64,000 nucleotides of DNA from a virus, in IMG/VR virus record IMGVR_UViG_3300037541_000804, positions 32,001 to 96,000 of that record. One strand, given 5' to 3'. The notes under the pieces are model-generated. The model did not search any database. It saw only the letters and a list, made by a program, of their open reading frames with translations, and was not told the origin of the DNA. This document shows, one piece after another, positions 1-8,985 of this stretch; the first letter of the stretch is position 1, and each line of letters starts with the position of its first letter. Made by a program: the position numbers and the translations under genes.

Positions 1-416
1 TCGGATATTCCTATACACATAACTTGCGCCAAGTCTTTAAAGACAATCAAGGATTTACACCAGTCATTGAATTGCTCTCCCTAACAGACAAAGACCGCGT
101 GCGAATTGTTGGCACTGTCGATGATTTCGCCAAGTCTAAGAGTAAAAAGAACGACAAATCATATCTCAGAATTAACTTCTCAGACGAGGGTGGCAAAACA
201 ACTGTCCTATTCTTCGATAAACAAAAGCTCAACAAAGACCAAAAACCCAATAGCGAAGATCACCCCGCGACCATGTTCTTTAAAGCGGCAGACTTAGAGA
301 AGGAAGATATTATTGTTGTTGACGGCCAAAAATCAGGCGATATTGTTTTCGCCAATGAAATTAAAAAAATTGACACCCAAATCTTTAGCAAAGTATCAGA
401 GGCAAAAAATGACTAA
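1..416 (+). CDS. dnaE: DNA polymerase III alpha-like protein, C-terminal OB-fold fragment (5' truncated by window edge)
   Basis: Frame is open from base 3 (GYSYTHNL, resembling the DnaE E..LLGY motif), followed by an OB-fold pattern (VRIVGTV...YLRINFSDEGG...DIIVVDG...VFANEI). Confidence 0.65.
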   Translation, partial: GYSYTHNLRQVFKDNQGFTPVIELLSLTDKDRVRIVGTVDDFAKSKSKKNDKSYLRINFSDEGGKTTVLFFDKQKLNKDQKPNSEDHPATMFFKAADLEKEDIIVVDGQKSGDIVFANEIKKIDTQIFSKVSEAKND

Positions 417-795
417 AAAATTTAGAGTTTGGGACAAAGAGCTAGCTATATTCGCCGAACACGCGGAACTTCGCGATGGGATTCTAGAAGATATTTTGCT
501 TCATCCAAAGGGAGGATTCCTTGCTATTTGGGATAACGGGGCGACTAAAATTCTGAATGAGAATAGGTTTGTGCTTGAGCAATTCACTGGTATCCTTGAT
601 TCAGAAGGTAAAGAAATCTATGAGGGAGACATTATTTCTGGCGAATTTTACGACACGGAATATCATTGTTCAACAACGGTAGTTCATCCAGTCGTATTCA
701 ATAACGGGGCGTTCAATATTTCTTCCAGCTTGTGGTTTAAGCCAACCTTGAAAATTCTTGGAAACATCCGCCAAAATCCCAAACTTCTAGCTTGA
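409..795 (+). CDS. YopX-family phage protein
   Basis: KFRVWDK at the N-terminus, QFTGILDSEGKEIYEGDII, and C-terminal ILGNIRQNPKLL. ATG at 409 overlaps the upstream stop. Confidence 0.85.
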   Translation: MTKKFRVWDKELAIFAEHAELRDGILEDILLHPKGGFLAIWDNGATKILNENRFVLEQFTGILDSEGKEIYEGDIISGEFYDTEYHCSTTVVHPVVFNNGAFNISSSLWFKPTLKILGNIRQNPKLLA

Positions 796-819
796 CTTTT
801 CCCGCCCATTCCGTATATT
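792..819 (+). promoter_or_regulatory. sigma70-like promoter (TTGACT-N16-TATATT), leaderless start at ATG 825
   Basis: Both hexamers are visible and the ATG lies 5 nt after the -10 box. Confidence 0.6.
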
Positions 820-824
820 CCACC

Positions 825-3170
825 ATGCAGTTCGCACCCAACCTCAACCGTTTAATCCTCTTAGCTTCTCAATCTGCAAAAAAGAAAGATCAAAATCCCA
901 ACACGCCCGAACTCTTCATCCAATTAATCAGCGGCGAAAAACACGCACGAATTCTCAGCAAACTTGGATTAAACGGCGAAGCAGTCGCCCAATCTGTTTC
1001 GCAAATCGGTATCGCCTTTCCCACAACCGTAGTTGGTGAGGACGCGAAAAAAGAATACGAAGAGGTAATAGCTTTTGCGGCCCAAATCTCCGAAAAACAC
1101 AATCACCATTTCATCGACAGCGAGCATGTAATGGTTGCGATTTTAGAAGTCGGTAATTCAATTCGCGCATGGATGGCACTTATTGAAGAGCAACAGCAAT
1201 TTCCAACCGCCCGATTTAATCAAGAATGTAACAAGCTACTTGAGTTTGACAAGCCGCCGCAAAACTCTCAATCTAACGAAGATTTTGACGATGACATGCC
1301 ACCAAACATGCAGCGTTTTTTGCACAATATTACCGCAGATATTGCTAATAGTGGCCAATCTGTTTTTGGCCGCGAAAAAGAAATCACAGAGCTATCAAAT
1401 ATTGTTACTCGTCAACGTAAAAACAACGCCTTGTTGATTGGCGATGAGGGAGTTGGCCGCAAAAGTATTTGTCGTGGTTTGGCTGAAAAAATCATGTTTG
1501 GTAATGTTCCAGACCATCTTAAATTTAAAACGGTTTACCAACTTGACTGCCAAAAACTCGTTAGTGGAACAAGCATGTTTGGTGCTATCGAACAAAGAAT
1601 CACTAGCTTGACCGATGAATTGGAAAGCGTGGCTGGAGGAGATTCGATCATCGTTATTCCGTCGCTTCCAACAAGCGTGGGCAAAAATCAAGACACGAGT
1701 TTACTAAACCTTCTAAGCCCTCTTTTTGAGAGCGATAAAATTCCAGTAATTTTAGTTTGCACCCAGCAGGAATACAAGCGCCATGAAAAAGAACTCCTTG
1801 GCTTTGAACAGATTAAAGTGTCCGAACCTTCTAAGGACGAAACGCTAAAGATTGTTCTCGGTAACATTTGGAAAATGCAGGCTCATCATATGGTGTCAAT
1901 GGATTTCGATGCCGTAAACACCGTAATCGACCTGTGCCAAAGATTTTTGCCATATCGTAAATTCCCAGAAAAAGCGCTAGACGTTTTGGATACGATTCTT
2001 GCTGATACAAAGAACAAAGCATATACCCCGCCAGAATCCATCGCCAAAATTGAAAACCAGATTACGAAAATAGCCCTATCTTGCGCTATTCAGGGGAAAT
2101 CAGAACAAGAAGCGCGAAAAAAGGTCGAAAAACTAGAAGACAAATTTCTTGCGGCCAAAGAAAGATGGGAAAGCAAGGTAATGAAAAATCCACCAATTGT
2201 TTCAGTAAAACAGGCAATTTCAGCATTCGCTGAAAAGTATAAACTAACCGAAAATCAAATCTACCAGACGCAAGGGAGTTTATTGTCGGATTTAGCGGAC
2301 GAATTCAAGAAAGAGGTTTTCGGCCAAGAACATGTGATTGATCAAGTAAGCGACGTTCTACTTTGCACAAAAGTAGGCCTACGAGACGTTACAAAACCTA
2401 TTGCAAAATTCATGTTTGCAGGTTCTAGTGGCTGCGGAAAAACGATGCTAGGCAAGAAAATCGCCAAACATTATTTCGGCGATGAAAAAGCCTACATCAA
2501 GGTTGACATGAGCGAATTCCAAGAGCGCGGCACGATTTCTGGCCTTATTGGGACAACGGCAGGATACATTGGCTATGAAAACGGCGGTCGATTGACCGAA
2601 TTCGTTAAGCATAATCCATCTTGTGTTGTGATTTTTGACGAAATCGAAAAAGCGCATCCAGACGTTCATAATCTCTTGCTGCAAATCATGGACGACGGTT
2701 GCTTGACAGACGGCGGCGGGTATAAGGTTGATTTCACTAACACAATTATTATCTTGACAACAAACCAAGGCTCCGCCGATAACAAAAGAAGCATGGGCTT
2801 TTTGAATGACAAAACCGTTCAAGGAAACTACGCCGAAAGCATTAAAAAAGCCTTCAAGCCTGAAATTATTGGCCGAATTGATGAGGTTCTAGTGTTCAAC
2901 GACATTGATGAGAAGACTTCCAAGCTAATCATCTGGGATTCTGTGAACAAAATCATTCTCGCCCTAAAAGACCAAAATATCCTATTGACAGTAGAAGAAC
3001 CCGTGGTAGATTATCTTCACAAAATCGTTAGCGAGAACCAATCTCACGCACGCGCCGTTCAATCGTCGGTGCAGAAAAACTTGACAACTCCAATTTCTAA
3101 ACTTTTAATCAAACAGCGGCCAAAAGCCATCATTGCTTCGATTGAAGGTGGGCTTATTAAGATCAACTAA
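825..3170 (+). CDS. ClpA/ClpC-like AAA+ ATPase (Clp N-domain, degenerate NBD1, intact NBD2)
   Basis: HHFIDSEH N-domain, FGREKEI, RKNNALLIG, LPYRKFPEKALDVLD. NBD2 has Walker A GSSGCGKT, Walker B VVIFDEIEKAH and a GYIGY pore loop. Confidence 0.9.
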   Translation: MQFAPNLNRLILLASQSAKKKDQNPNTPELFIQLISGEKHARILSKLGLNGEAVAQSVSQIGIAFPTTVVGEDAKKEYEEVIAFAAQISEKHNHHFIDSEHVMVAILEVGNSIRAWMALIEEQQQFPTARFNQECNKLLEFDKPPQNSQSNEDFDDDMPPNMQRFLHNITADIANSGQSVFGREKEITELSNIVTRQRKNNALLIGDEGVGRKSICRGLAEKIMFGNVPDHLKFKTVYQLDCQKLVSGTSMFGAIEQRITSLTDELESVAGGDSIIVIPSLPTSVGKNQDTSLLNLLSPLFESDKIPVILVCTQQEYKRHEKELLGFEQIKVSEPSKDETLKIVLGNIWKMQAHHMVSMDFDAVNTVIDLCQRFLPYRKFPEKALDVLDTILADTKNKAYTPPESIAKIENQITKIALSCAIQGKSEQEARKKVEKLEDKFLAAKERWESKVMKNPPIVSVKQAISAFAEKYKLTENQIYQTQGSLLSDLADEFKKEVFGQEHVIDQVSDVLLCTKVGLRDVTKPIAKFMFAGSSGCGKTMLGKKIAKHYFGDEKAYIKVDMSEFQERGTISGLIGTTAGYIGYENGGRLTEFVKHNPSCVVIFDEIEKAHPDVHNLLLQIMDDGCLTDGGGYKVDFTNTIIILTTNQGSADNKRSMGFLNDKTVQGNYAESIKKAFKPEIIGRIDEVLVFNDIDEKTSKLIIWDSVNKIILALKDQNILLTVEEPVVDYLHKIVSENQSHARAVQSSVQKNLTTPISKLLIKQRPKAIIASIEGGLIKIN

Positions 3171-3171
3171 T

Positions 3172-3357
3172 ATGACAAACAAACAATTCTTGCTCTCCAA
3201 AATTGAGGATTTCTTAAATAAAGAAAAAGAAGATGGCCTTCTCGATGAAGATTTCGTCTATGAACAGCTATCTTTAGATATGACTCTTGCAGCAGAGCAC
3301 GTTTATAATGTGTGGCAAAAAACATGTTCGCATACTAGAAACCAATATGGAGATTAA
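3172..3357 (+). CDS. hypothetical protein
   Basis: Tightly packed ORF starting 1 nt after the Clp stop. Confidence 0.55.
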   Translation: MTNKQFLLSKIEDFLNKEKEDGLLDEDFVYEQLSLDMTLAAEHVYNVWQKTCSHTRNQYGD

Positions 3358-3358
3358 C

Positions 3359-3586
3359 ATGTTCGCCAAAATTAAAAAACTCTTTAAAAGCATTGGCAAA
3401 TGCTGCCGCCCAAATTGTCAAAATTCAGCAGCCGTATTTGGCACTTGCGAAGAGTGTATCCATGAAGAATGGACGCAAATGGGAGAGAGGAGAGAAGATG
3501 AAGAATGCCAAAGGCTCATAAAAGCATTTACACGGGCTATTTTAGAGCTAGAACAAGAAAAGCAACAAAAATCTGCAATACCTTAA
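3359..3586 (+). CDS. hypothetical Cys-rich protein
   Basis: Tightly packed ORF with CC-x3-C and CEEC. Confidence 0.55.
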   Translation: MFAKIKKLFKSIGKCCRPNCQNSAAVFGTCEECIHEEWTQMGERREDEECQRLIKAFTRAILELEQEKQQKSAIP

Positions 3587-3624
3587 CCTCCCAAGCGTTA
3601 ATATATTGCCTAACCTATAAACAT

Positions 3625-3822
3625 ATGCGCCCAGACTACCAACAGAGAGTAATTGACGAAAAATCGGAACTAGACGACAAAATCTCGAAACTTGGAGACT
3701 TTATTAGCTCCTCCTCCATCTTTCAAAGCCTTCCAAGCGAAGAAAAAGAACGCCTAGTTCGACAAAAATCTTGCATGGGTGAATACTCCGAAATTCTCGG
3801 AGAACGCATCTCTGCATTTTAA
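3625..3822 (+). CDS. crAss001_48-like small helical protein
   Basis: DYQQRVIDEKSELDDKISKL...L..Q...M..YS.IL.ERI pattern. Confidence 0.7.
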   Translation: MRPDYQQRVIDEKSELDDKISKLGDFISSSSIFQSLPSEEKERLVRQKSCMGEYSEILGERISAF

Positions 3823-3839
3823 ACAAAAAAAACACACAC

Positions 3840-4028
3840 ATGAACAACACAGAAACCCAAATCCGCAATACTAAAGGTCGTTTTTTCGGCGTAACCCTCA
3901 AGTCTGGAGAAACTTTCAACGCGCAACTTCGCGGCGAAACCCCCAAGACCTTCAAGCTTTTTGATCGCAACGACTATCGCCCGCGCAACGTGCTTAAGCG
4001 TTTGATCGTTGGTGTAAATTGTCGCTAA
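3840..4028 (+). CDS. hypothetical protein
   Basis: 62-aa ORF with an A/C-rich leader, followed by a terminator. Confidence 0.6.
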   Translation: MNNTETQIRNTKGRFFGVTLKSGETFNAQLRGETPKTFKLFDRNDYRPRNVLKRLIVGVNCR

Positions 4029-4045
4029 CTTCGTCCGACCAAGAC

Positions 4046-4080
4046 AACCCGCCGATGAGGAAACTCTCGGCGGGTTTTTT
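4046..4080 (+). terminator. intrinsic terminator
   Basis: AACCCGCCGA...TCGGCGGGTT stem followed by a T-run. Confidence 0.8.
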
Positions 4081-4093
4081 GTTATTATAGGGT

Positions 4094-5107
4094 ATGGCCG
4101 ACCTTCTCCAAAATAAAGTCTTTGTTTTCGCGCAAAATCCGACACCCTCAGAGTCGGAAATCTATTTTTTGGACATTGTGGCCGAAAACGCCAGTCTCGG
4201 GAGAATTTGCGGACATGAAATCGTCTCCTACAGCGATAACTATGACGTTTACAAGATTCAAAGTACTCTCGGCCCAAAGATCGTCAAACTATCGCTAGAC
4301 CCCGAATTCAATTTTGAGAACGATGCACAACCATTAAACGGGCCGAAAACATTCTCTATTGTCAAAGCAGACATTGGCGTTCAAGTCGTGGCCAAAATTG
4401 AAGATTTTATCGCTGCCCCAAGTTTGGCAGAAATCGGCGAATCAAACATCAACTCAGCATGGCCATTAGTTGTTAAGGCTATAATTAATAATTCCAAAGA
4501 GACTCACAGTAGAAGTCTAAAAGACCACCTAAAAGCCCTGTTCAAGCAAACATCCTTGGACGAAAACAAAAACCTAGACGTTTTAGTAAAAACCAATAGC
4601 TCCAACTACCAGCTAATCAAAAAAGGCGCAGAAGAGCTTAAAAAAGAAGTCGAACAACTTTATAAGACATGGCATTCCGTCGATACTCTCATTAACGGCA
4701 ATATCTCATCTGACAATTTGTTTCTAGACAGAAACAATGCTTACATTTCGTCGTGGGGCAAATCGTATTCGGCCCATGTTTTTCTTGAACTTGCGGCCCT
4801 AAAAATGAACATCGACATGCCGCAGTCAACAGAATACGACATGTTTAACGAGCTAAAAAGACAATCATCTAGCGAGAATACATGGGAAGACTATATCCAG
4901 TGTAAAACTTTTGTGGCTTCTTATAAGTTTTTGGAATGCGTCTTTTCTTTCATCAAAGAGACTTTTCTTTTTGAAGGCAAGAGGAGAGATGAGTTGCTAA
5001 AATTGTCGTCTTATTTTTGCCGAAATTTGGGTCTTTTCAACAATTTGGCGGGCTTTAGAAAAAACCAAGAAGAGCTTTTGAAGCTTTTTAGCTCACCAGT
5101 CGTTTAA
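4094..5107 (+). CDS. APH/choline-kinase-fold protein, apparently catalytically degenerate
   Basis: YDVYKI...IVKLS N-lobe. LINGNISSDNLF and YISSWG occupy the positions of the HGD-x4-N and IDW motifs. Confidence 0.5.
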   Translation: MADLLQNKVFVFAQNPTPSESEIYFLDIVAENASLGRICGHEIVSYSDNYDVYKIQSTLGPKIVKLSLDPEFNFENDAQPLNGPKTFSIVKADIGVQVVAKIEDFIAAPSLAEIGESNINSAWPLVVKAIINNSKETHSRSLKDHLKALFKQTSLDENKNLDVLVKTNSSNYQLIKKGAEELKKEVEQLYKTWHSVDTLINGNISSDNLFLDRNNAYISSWGKSYSAHVFLELAALKMNIDMPQSTEYDMFNELKRQSSSENTWEDYIQCKTFVASYKFLECVFSFIKETFLFEGKRRDELLKLSSYFCRNLGLFNNLAGFRKNQEELLKLFSSPVV

Positions 5108-5901
5108 GTCCAGCCAGTTAAGTGCGTGCGGCCCCAAGCATTGGTTCCAGTGCAAATGTAAAGATGGCCACTTCCAACGGCAAATTGACCCCTAGTGCCA
5201 ATTGCGCCAGTTCCAGTTGGAATTCCAGTGCCAGAAATAAACAATCGGCCAATTGTAGAATCTCCAATAACGCTAGAGTTGCCAGATACGGTCAAATTAG
5301 ATGCTACGGAAGCGCTTTGGTCAACAATTAAATCATCCGTTTGAACAAATCCGCCGAAATAAGCATTCTTAAATTGGCTAGACAAAGAGCCAAGATCATA
5401 AAGATTGTTGGTTTTCGGCAAAAAGTGCGTGGCAATGTTTTTCGGCAAAAAGTCTCCAGTTACCGTAAAGTTGCCAGTTACGTTCAAGTTCCCCGTAATG
5501 GTTGAGTTAGACCCAACAGAAAGACTTCCGCCGATTGTAGTTGAACCACTAACAGACAAGCCAGTTGCAACGGTTAAGTTTTCGTCAACAATTAGCGTAT
5601 CAAACCAGCCTGTTCCGTCGCAATAAACATTTCGCCATTCTTTCGAGGTTGATCCAAGATTATAGAGGTTGTCAGTTTTTGGCTCTAGCGTTCCAACAAC
5701 GTCTCCTGTAATCGCAAAATCCCCACCAACATTTACATTATTTAGGAAAAACGCCGAGTCATAAAACGTCTTAACGCCCGAAATCGGCTGTTCGCCAGTG
5801 TTACGCACAAGGCCAGTGCCCCAAACAATTAAAGCATAATAAGCGCCCGAAGTCGCTTGATCCAATTGTAAACCAGAAAGATGAAAAACACGAGAAGCCA
5901 T
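5104..5901 (-). CDS. tail fibre-type protein
   Basis: GEQPISGVKTF, G/N/V/T-rich beta repeats, two P.TdNlYdLGS....W/F.N.Y units, and a C-terminal G.LY.CTG.N.WGR motif. Confidence 0.7.
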   Translation of the reverse strand: MASRVFHLSGLQLDQATSGAYYALIVWGTGLVRNTGEQPISGVKTFYDSAFFLNNVNVGGDFAITGDVVGTLEPKTDNLYNLGSTSKEWRNVYCDGTGWFDTLIVDENLTVATGLSVSGSTTIGGSLSVGSNSTITGNLNVTGNFTVTGDFLPKNIATHFLPKTNNLYDLGSLSSQFKNAYFGGFVQTDDLIVDQSASVASNLTVSGNSSVIGDSTIGRLFISGTGIPTGTGAIGTRGQFAVGSGHLYICTGTNAWGRTHLTGWT

Positions 5902-5902
5902 A

Positions 5903-6124
5903 CTACCAAGAGGAGAGAAGAATTCGGCCCCATTGATTGGTGCCAGTTGGGGTTAAAAAGTAAGCGCCACTAACGGAGGCTGTTCCAACAGCGCCGAAAG
6001 CTGCTTGGCTAGTTGGTGGAGCGACATATCGAAAAAGACCTGTCCCAGCTACAACCAAAGCCTCATACGCGCCAGAGATGGCTCTGTCAGCTTGTTCAGC
6101 GGTGTTGTAGAGAGTGTAATCCAT
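5903..6124 (-). CDS. small virion protein, paralogue of 5104-5901 and 6756-7058
   Basis: Shares GAY.AL.V.GTGL.R and TGTNQWGR motifs with its neighbours. Confidence 0.6.
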   Translation of the reverse strand: MDYTLYNTAEQADRAISGAYEALVVAGTGLFRYVAPPTSQAAFGAVGTASVSGAYFLTPTGTNQWGRILLSSW

Positions 6125-6753
6125 TAAAGTTTAATTATTTTATTGCAGACAATAGAAGGTTGAATATTATTATGGGCCGTATCGCTACCAAACCCGCCGC
6201 CCAATTGAGTCGTCGAAGGAAAGCCAACGACTGTGGAAAATACGTTATAGTCTCCGCCAGTAGCCACTGATACGTTGTCTCCAACATCATGAGAGTGAGC
6301 GGCAACAGATGGAAGTTCTGCCTCTGTTAAAACATGTGTTTCTTCACCAATTTGATCGCCAAGAGTTGCAAAAGTTGAAGCGTCTTTACCGACAGATACT
6401 CGGCCATTTAAATTAGGCAAGGTGATGGTTTTATGTGCGGCAAAATCACTCGCTGCTGAACCGCCCCTTCCGCTAGAAACTGGAGCTTGCGCATTTGCTA
6501 GACTATTCCAGAGAAGCGTAAATAACTGCTCCGTATCAGCATTAGCTCTACCTGTCGCTCCAGAACTAGCGTTACCGATAGTTTGGCCGTTGGCTAAAAC
6601 CCATCCGTTTGGCGCAGAAGAACCCCAATAGTCGATCATCATACCCGTACTCACAAGAGAGGCGTAAAGTTCTGCGAAATTTGCATTAACCTTCTCAAAC
6701 CCCTGATAAAGAAGGTCTGTTTGGGTGGATGTGTCAATAGTTTGTTGAGCCAT
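6124..6753 (-). CDS. phage tail-collar domain protein
   Basis: G.MIDYWGSSAPNGWVLANG...LPNLNGRVSVG...GEETHVLT.AELP...HNNIQPSIVCNKIIK. Confidence 0.85.
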   Translation of the reverse strand: MAQQTIDTSTQTDLLYQGFEKVNANFAELYASLVSTGMMIDYWGSSAPNGWVLANGQTIGNASSGATGRANADTEQLFTLLWNSLANAQAPVSSGRGGSAASDFAAHKTITLPNLNGRVSVGKDASTFATLGDQIGEETHVLTEAELPSVAAHSHDVGDNVSVATGGDYNVFSTVVGFPSTTQLGGGFGSDTAHNNIQPSIVCNKIIKL

Positions 6754-6755
6754 AT

Positions 6756-7058
6756 TTAAGACGCCGAAGCGTTACAGTAGATTGCATTATTATTGCAATA
6801 ATATTCCGAGTTATTGCAGTATATAGGTTGAGAAAACTTGGAGATTTGAGTTCTTCCCCACTGATTATTTCCAGTGCATGCATAAAAATAATCGCCACTA
6901 AAAGCAACATTATAGCCAGAAATTCCAGCAGAAGTTGATGAAACTGGGGGATTGACGACTCGGATGAGTCCAGTTCCCTCAAGAATTAGGGAATTATACG
7001 CGGTGAAAATGGCTAGTTGAGCCAGTCCCATTGATTGTGTGAGCGCGTAGTAATCCAT
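6756..7058 (-). CDS. small virion protein with C-terminal YCN repeats
   Basis: Paralogous motifs (GTGLIR, CTGNNQWGR) and an upstream GTGTAAT at 7073-7079. Confidence 0.6.
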   Translation of the reverse strand: MDYYALTQSMGLAQLAIFTAYNSLILEGTGLIRVVNPPVSSTSAGISGYNVAFSGDYFYACTGNNQWGRTQISKFSQPIYCNNSEYYCNNNAIYCNASAS

Positions 7059-7080
7059 AGTCCTTTATTTTAATTACACC

Positions 7081-8979
7081 TTAGCCGTTAATTAAAACCC
7101 CTACACCAGTAGAATATTCTCCATAGTAATCTGGAGAAGCTTTGAAAGCTCTTAACGTATATTGGTAATAATTACCTCCATCAAGAGGAGTGTCAACATA
7201 TGAATTTGTGAATGAAGCGCCAGCATAAATATCGTCCCTATAAATTTGTATAAAATCATGGCTAGTCTCATCAATCGTCCAGCTTATATTTGCGGCATGT
7301 CCAACGTCATTAGCTATTAAATTATAAGGAACTCCAAGAGGCTCAACGTATGTTGCATAAATCACTTCTGAATTTTCAGAAACCGCTTGGCCATTATTCG
7401 CAACAACATAATAATAATGTACGGCATCTTCCTGCGGAATTGACGCATTGTAAAACAAATTAGAAGTATTTGAAACATTCACCCACGGGCCTCCATCTCC
7501 ACCTATACAGCGATATACAGAAAAGCTCGTATATGGACCGTCTTGAAGCCAGTTCAAGACGGCGTTTCCACCTATAGCAGCTTCTCCGTCTGTAAAATAC
7601 AATCCATAAGGAGCGCTTATAGGAAGAGAACATGTCTGATTAGCTCCCTGTCTCACAAAATTATCCACAGTACACATAATATACCCATCAGCAGAAAGCA
7701 TTGTCTGAACCTCACAACCATCAGTGTAAGCGCGGCAAAATGGGTCTGTGATCAAATGATAGCCATCCGACGAAACTAACCTCTTCAAATCGCTTGACCT
7801 CAACAAAAAATCATCAAAAGAAGTAGTTTCGCCCTGCTTATAGGAAAACCCTTTGTTTTCAGAAGCGGCGAAATCAAATTGGGCGCTAAATTCATACAGC
7901 CCGTTAACAGAAAGTGAATCTCTTTTTTCGCGCAAAACGCAATCGTCAAATTTCAACCAACGGTTTTTAACAATGTGGCCCGTCTCATTTAATGCGGCGA
8001 AACTGTCGGAAGATAATCCAGACAAATACTCATCTTGAGGATCGCGGTGGTAAATTTCAATTGTTTGTTTTGATTCATTTCTCATCAAAGCGTCAAACGA
8101 ACCCGTCGAATAGTCCGAAACAAGCCCATTAATAGAAATAGACCCCTGAACGGGTAATTTAACATCTCTCCCATAAACATGATCGCTGCCGAACCCATAA
8201 GAGTTTTCCCTATCTATAGATAAGGATATTTCCATATTTTGAATATGTGCGTCATTCCAAGAATCTAGCCTCTGGTTTGGAATTTGAAGATTGTCAAAAG
8301 ACGGCCTGAATCTGGCGCTCCAAATATTGGGAACTACTCCAGTTAAATTGCCAGTTGGCAGCCTATGAACTTGCAATGGATTCAAGAATATAGTCGCCGC
8401 ATCTCCAGTCGTTCCACTTTCAAGGTTGATCGCTGGAATTTGCATATAATTGCCAGCCAAAGTTTCCGAGGTGATATTCGATGCCACAATTTGGCAGGTT
8501 GTTTTCGCCAATTGGCCGACATTATAGCTTTGAGAAGCGTTTGTCAGGTAACAGTTACCCAAAGAAACAACATTCACTCCGCTAAAGGAATTTGCGTCCT
8601 TGATTTGTTTAATCAGATCGTAACCCTGCAAATCGGAGAAGAAAAGATAACCATTGAAGGAAAAATCATTAACGCCCGTAAAAACTTGCTGATAATTGCC
8701 AGACGGACGATAAATCATTCCAATTAAAGAATCAGAATCAAAATCCTGTCGCGAAAGATAGCTCAAATTAGCAATAATATCGGGCGAAAAGTTGACCTCA
8801 TCAACGCCGTAATTTTGGGAGCCAATTTGCCTAGACTGAGTTCTCGCTGGCGACGTGGAAAAATCCACATTCTCCATAAGGCTCAAGAAATACAGCCCAA
8901 GACGCTCCCCCGTAACAAACGCTGGAGAGGAATCGACTGCAAATAGGCAGGAGTTGCTTTTTATAAAGTTGGGCATCAC
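7081..8979 (-). CDS. tail-tube-fold baseplate/tail protein with C-terminal FN3-like domains
   Basis: N-terminal part aligns by eye with the tail tube protein (SLGNCYLTN vs ALGNCFLSN). C-terminus has FN3-like LNW...YR...YYYVVA and ISW...YQYTLRA. Confidence 0.6.
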   Translation of the reverse strand: MMPNFIKSNSCLFAVDSSPAFVTGERLGLYFLSLMENVDFSTSPARTQSRQIGSQNYGVDEVNFSPDIIANLSYLSRQDFDSDSLIGMIYRPSGNYQQVFTGVNDFSFNGYLFFSDLQGYDLIKQIKDANSFSGVNVVSLGNCYLTNASQSYNVGQLAKTTCQIVASNITSETLAGNYMQIPAINLESGTTGDAATIFLNPLQVHRLPTGNLTGVVPNIWSARFRPSFDNLQIPNQRLDSWNDAHIQNMEISLSIDRENSYGFGSDHVYGRDVKLPVQGSISINGLVSDYSTGSFDALMRNESKQTIEIYHRDPQDEYLSGLSSDSFAALNETGHIVKNRWLKFDDCVLREKRDSLSVNGLYEFSAQFDFAASENKGFSYKQGETTSFDDFLLRSSDLKRLVSSDGYHLITDPFCRAYTDGCEVQTMLSADGYIMCTVDNFVRQGANQTCSLPISAPYGLYFTDGEAAIGGNAVLNWLQDGPYTSFSVYRCIGGDGGPWVNVSNTSNLFYNASIPQEDAVHYYYVVANNGQAVSENSEVIYATYVEPLGVPYNLIANDVGHAANISWTIDETSHDFIQIYRDDIYAGASFTNSYVDTPLDGGNYYQYTLRAFKASPDYYGEYSTGVGVLING

Positions 8980-8985
8980 TAATAG

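Noticed and set aside
6114-6120. GTGTAAT on the + strand as a late promoter
   Set aside because: It is the reverse complement of the MDYT codons of the 73-aa gene, and no credible + strand gene follows.
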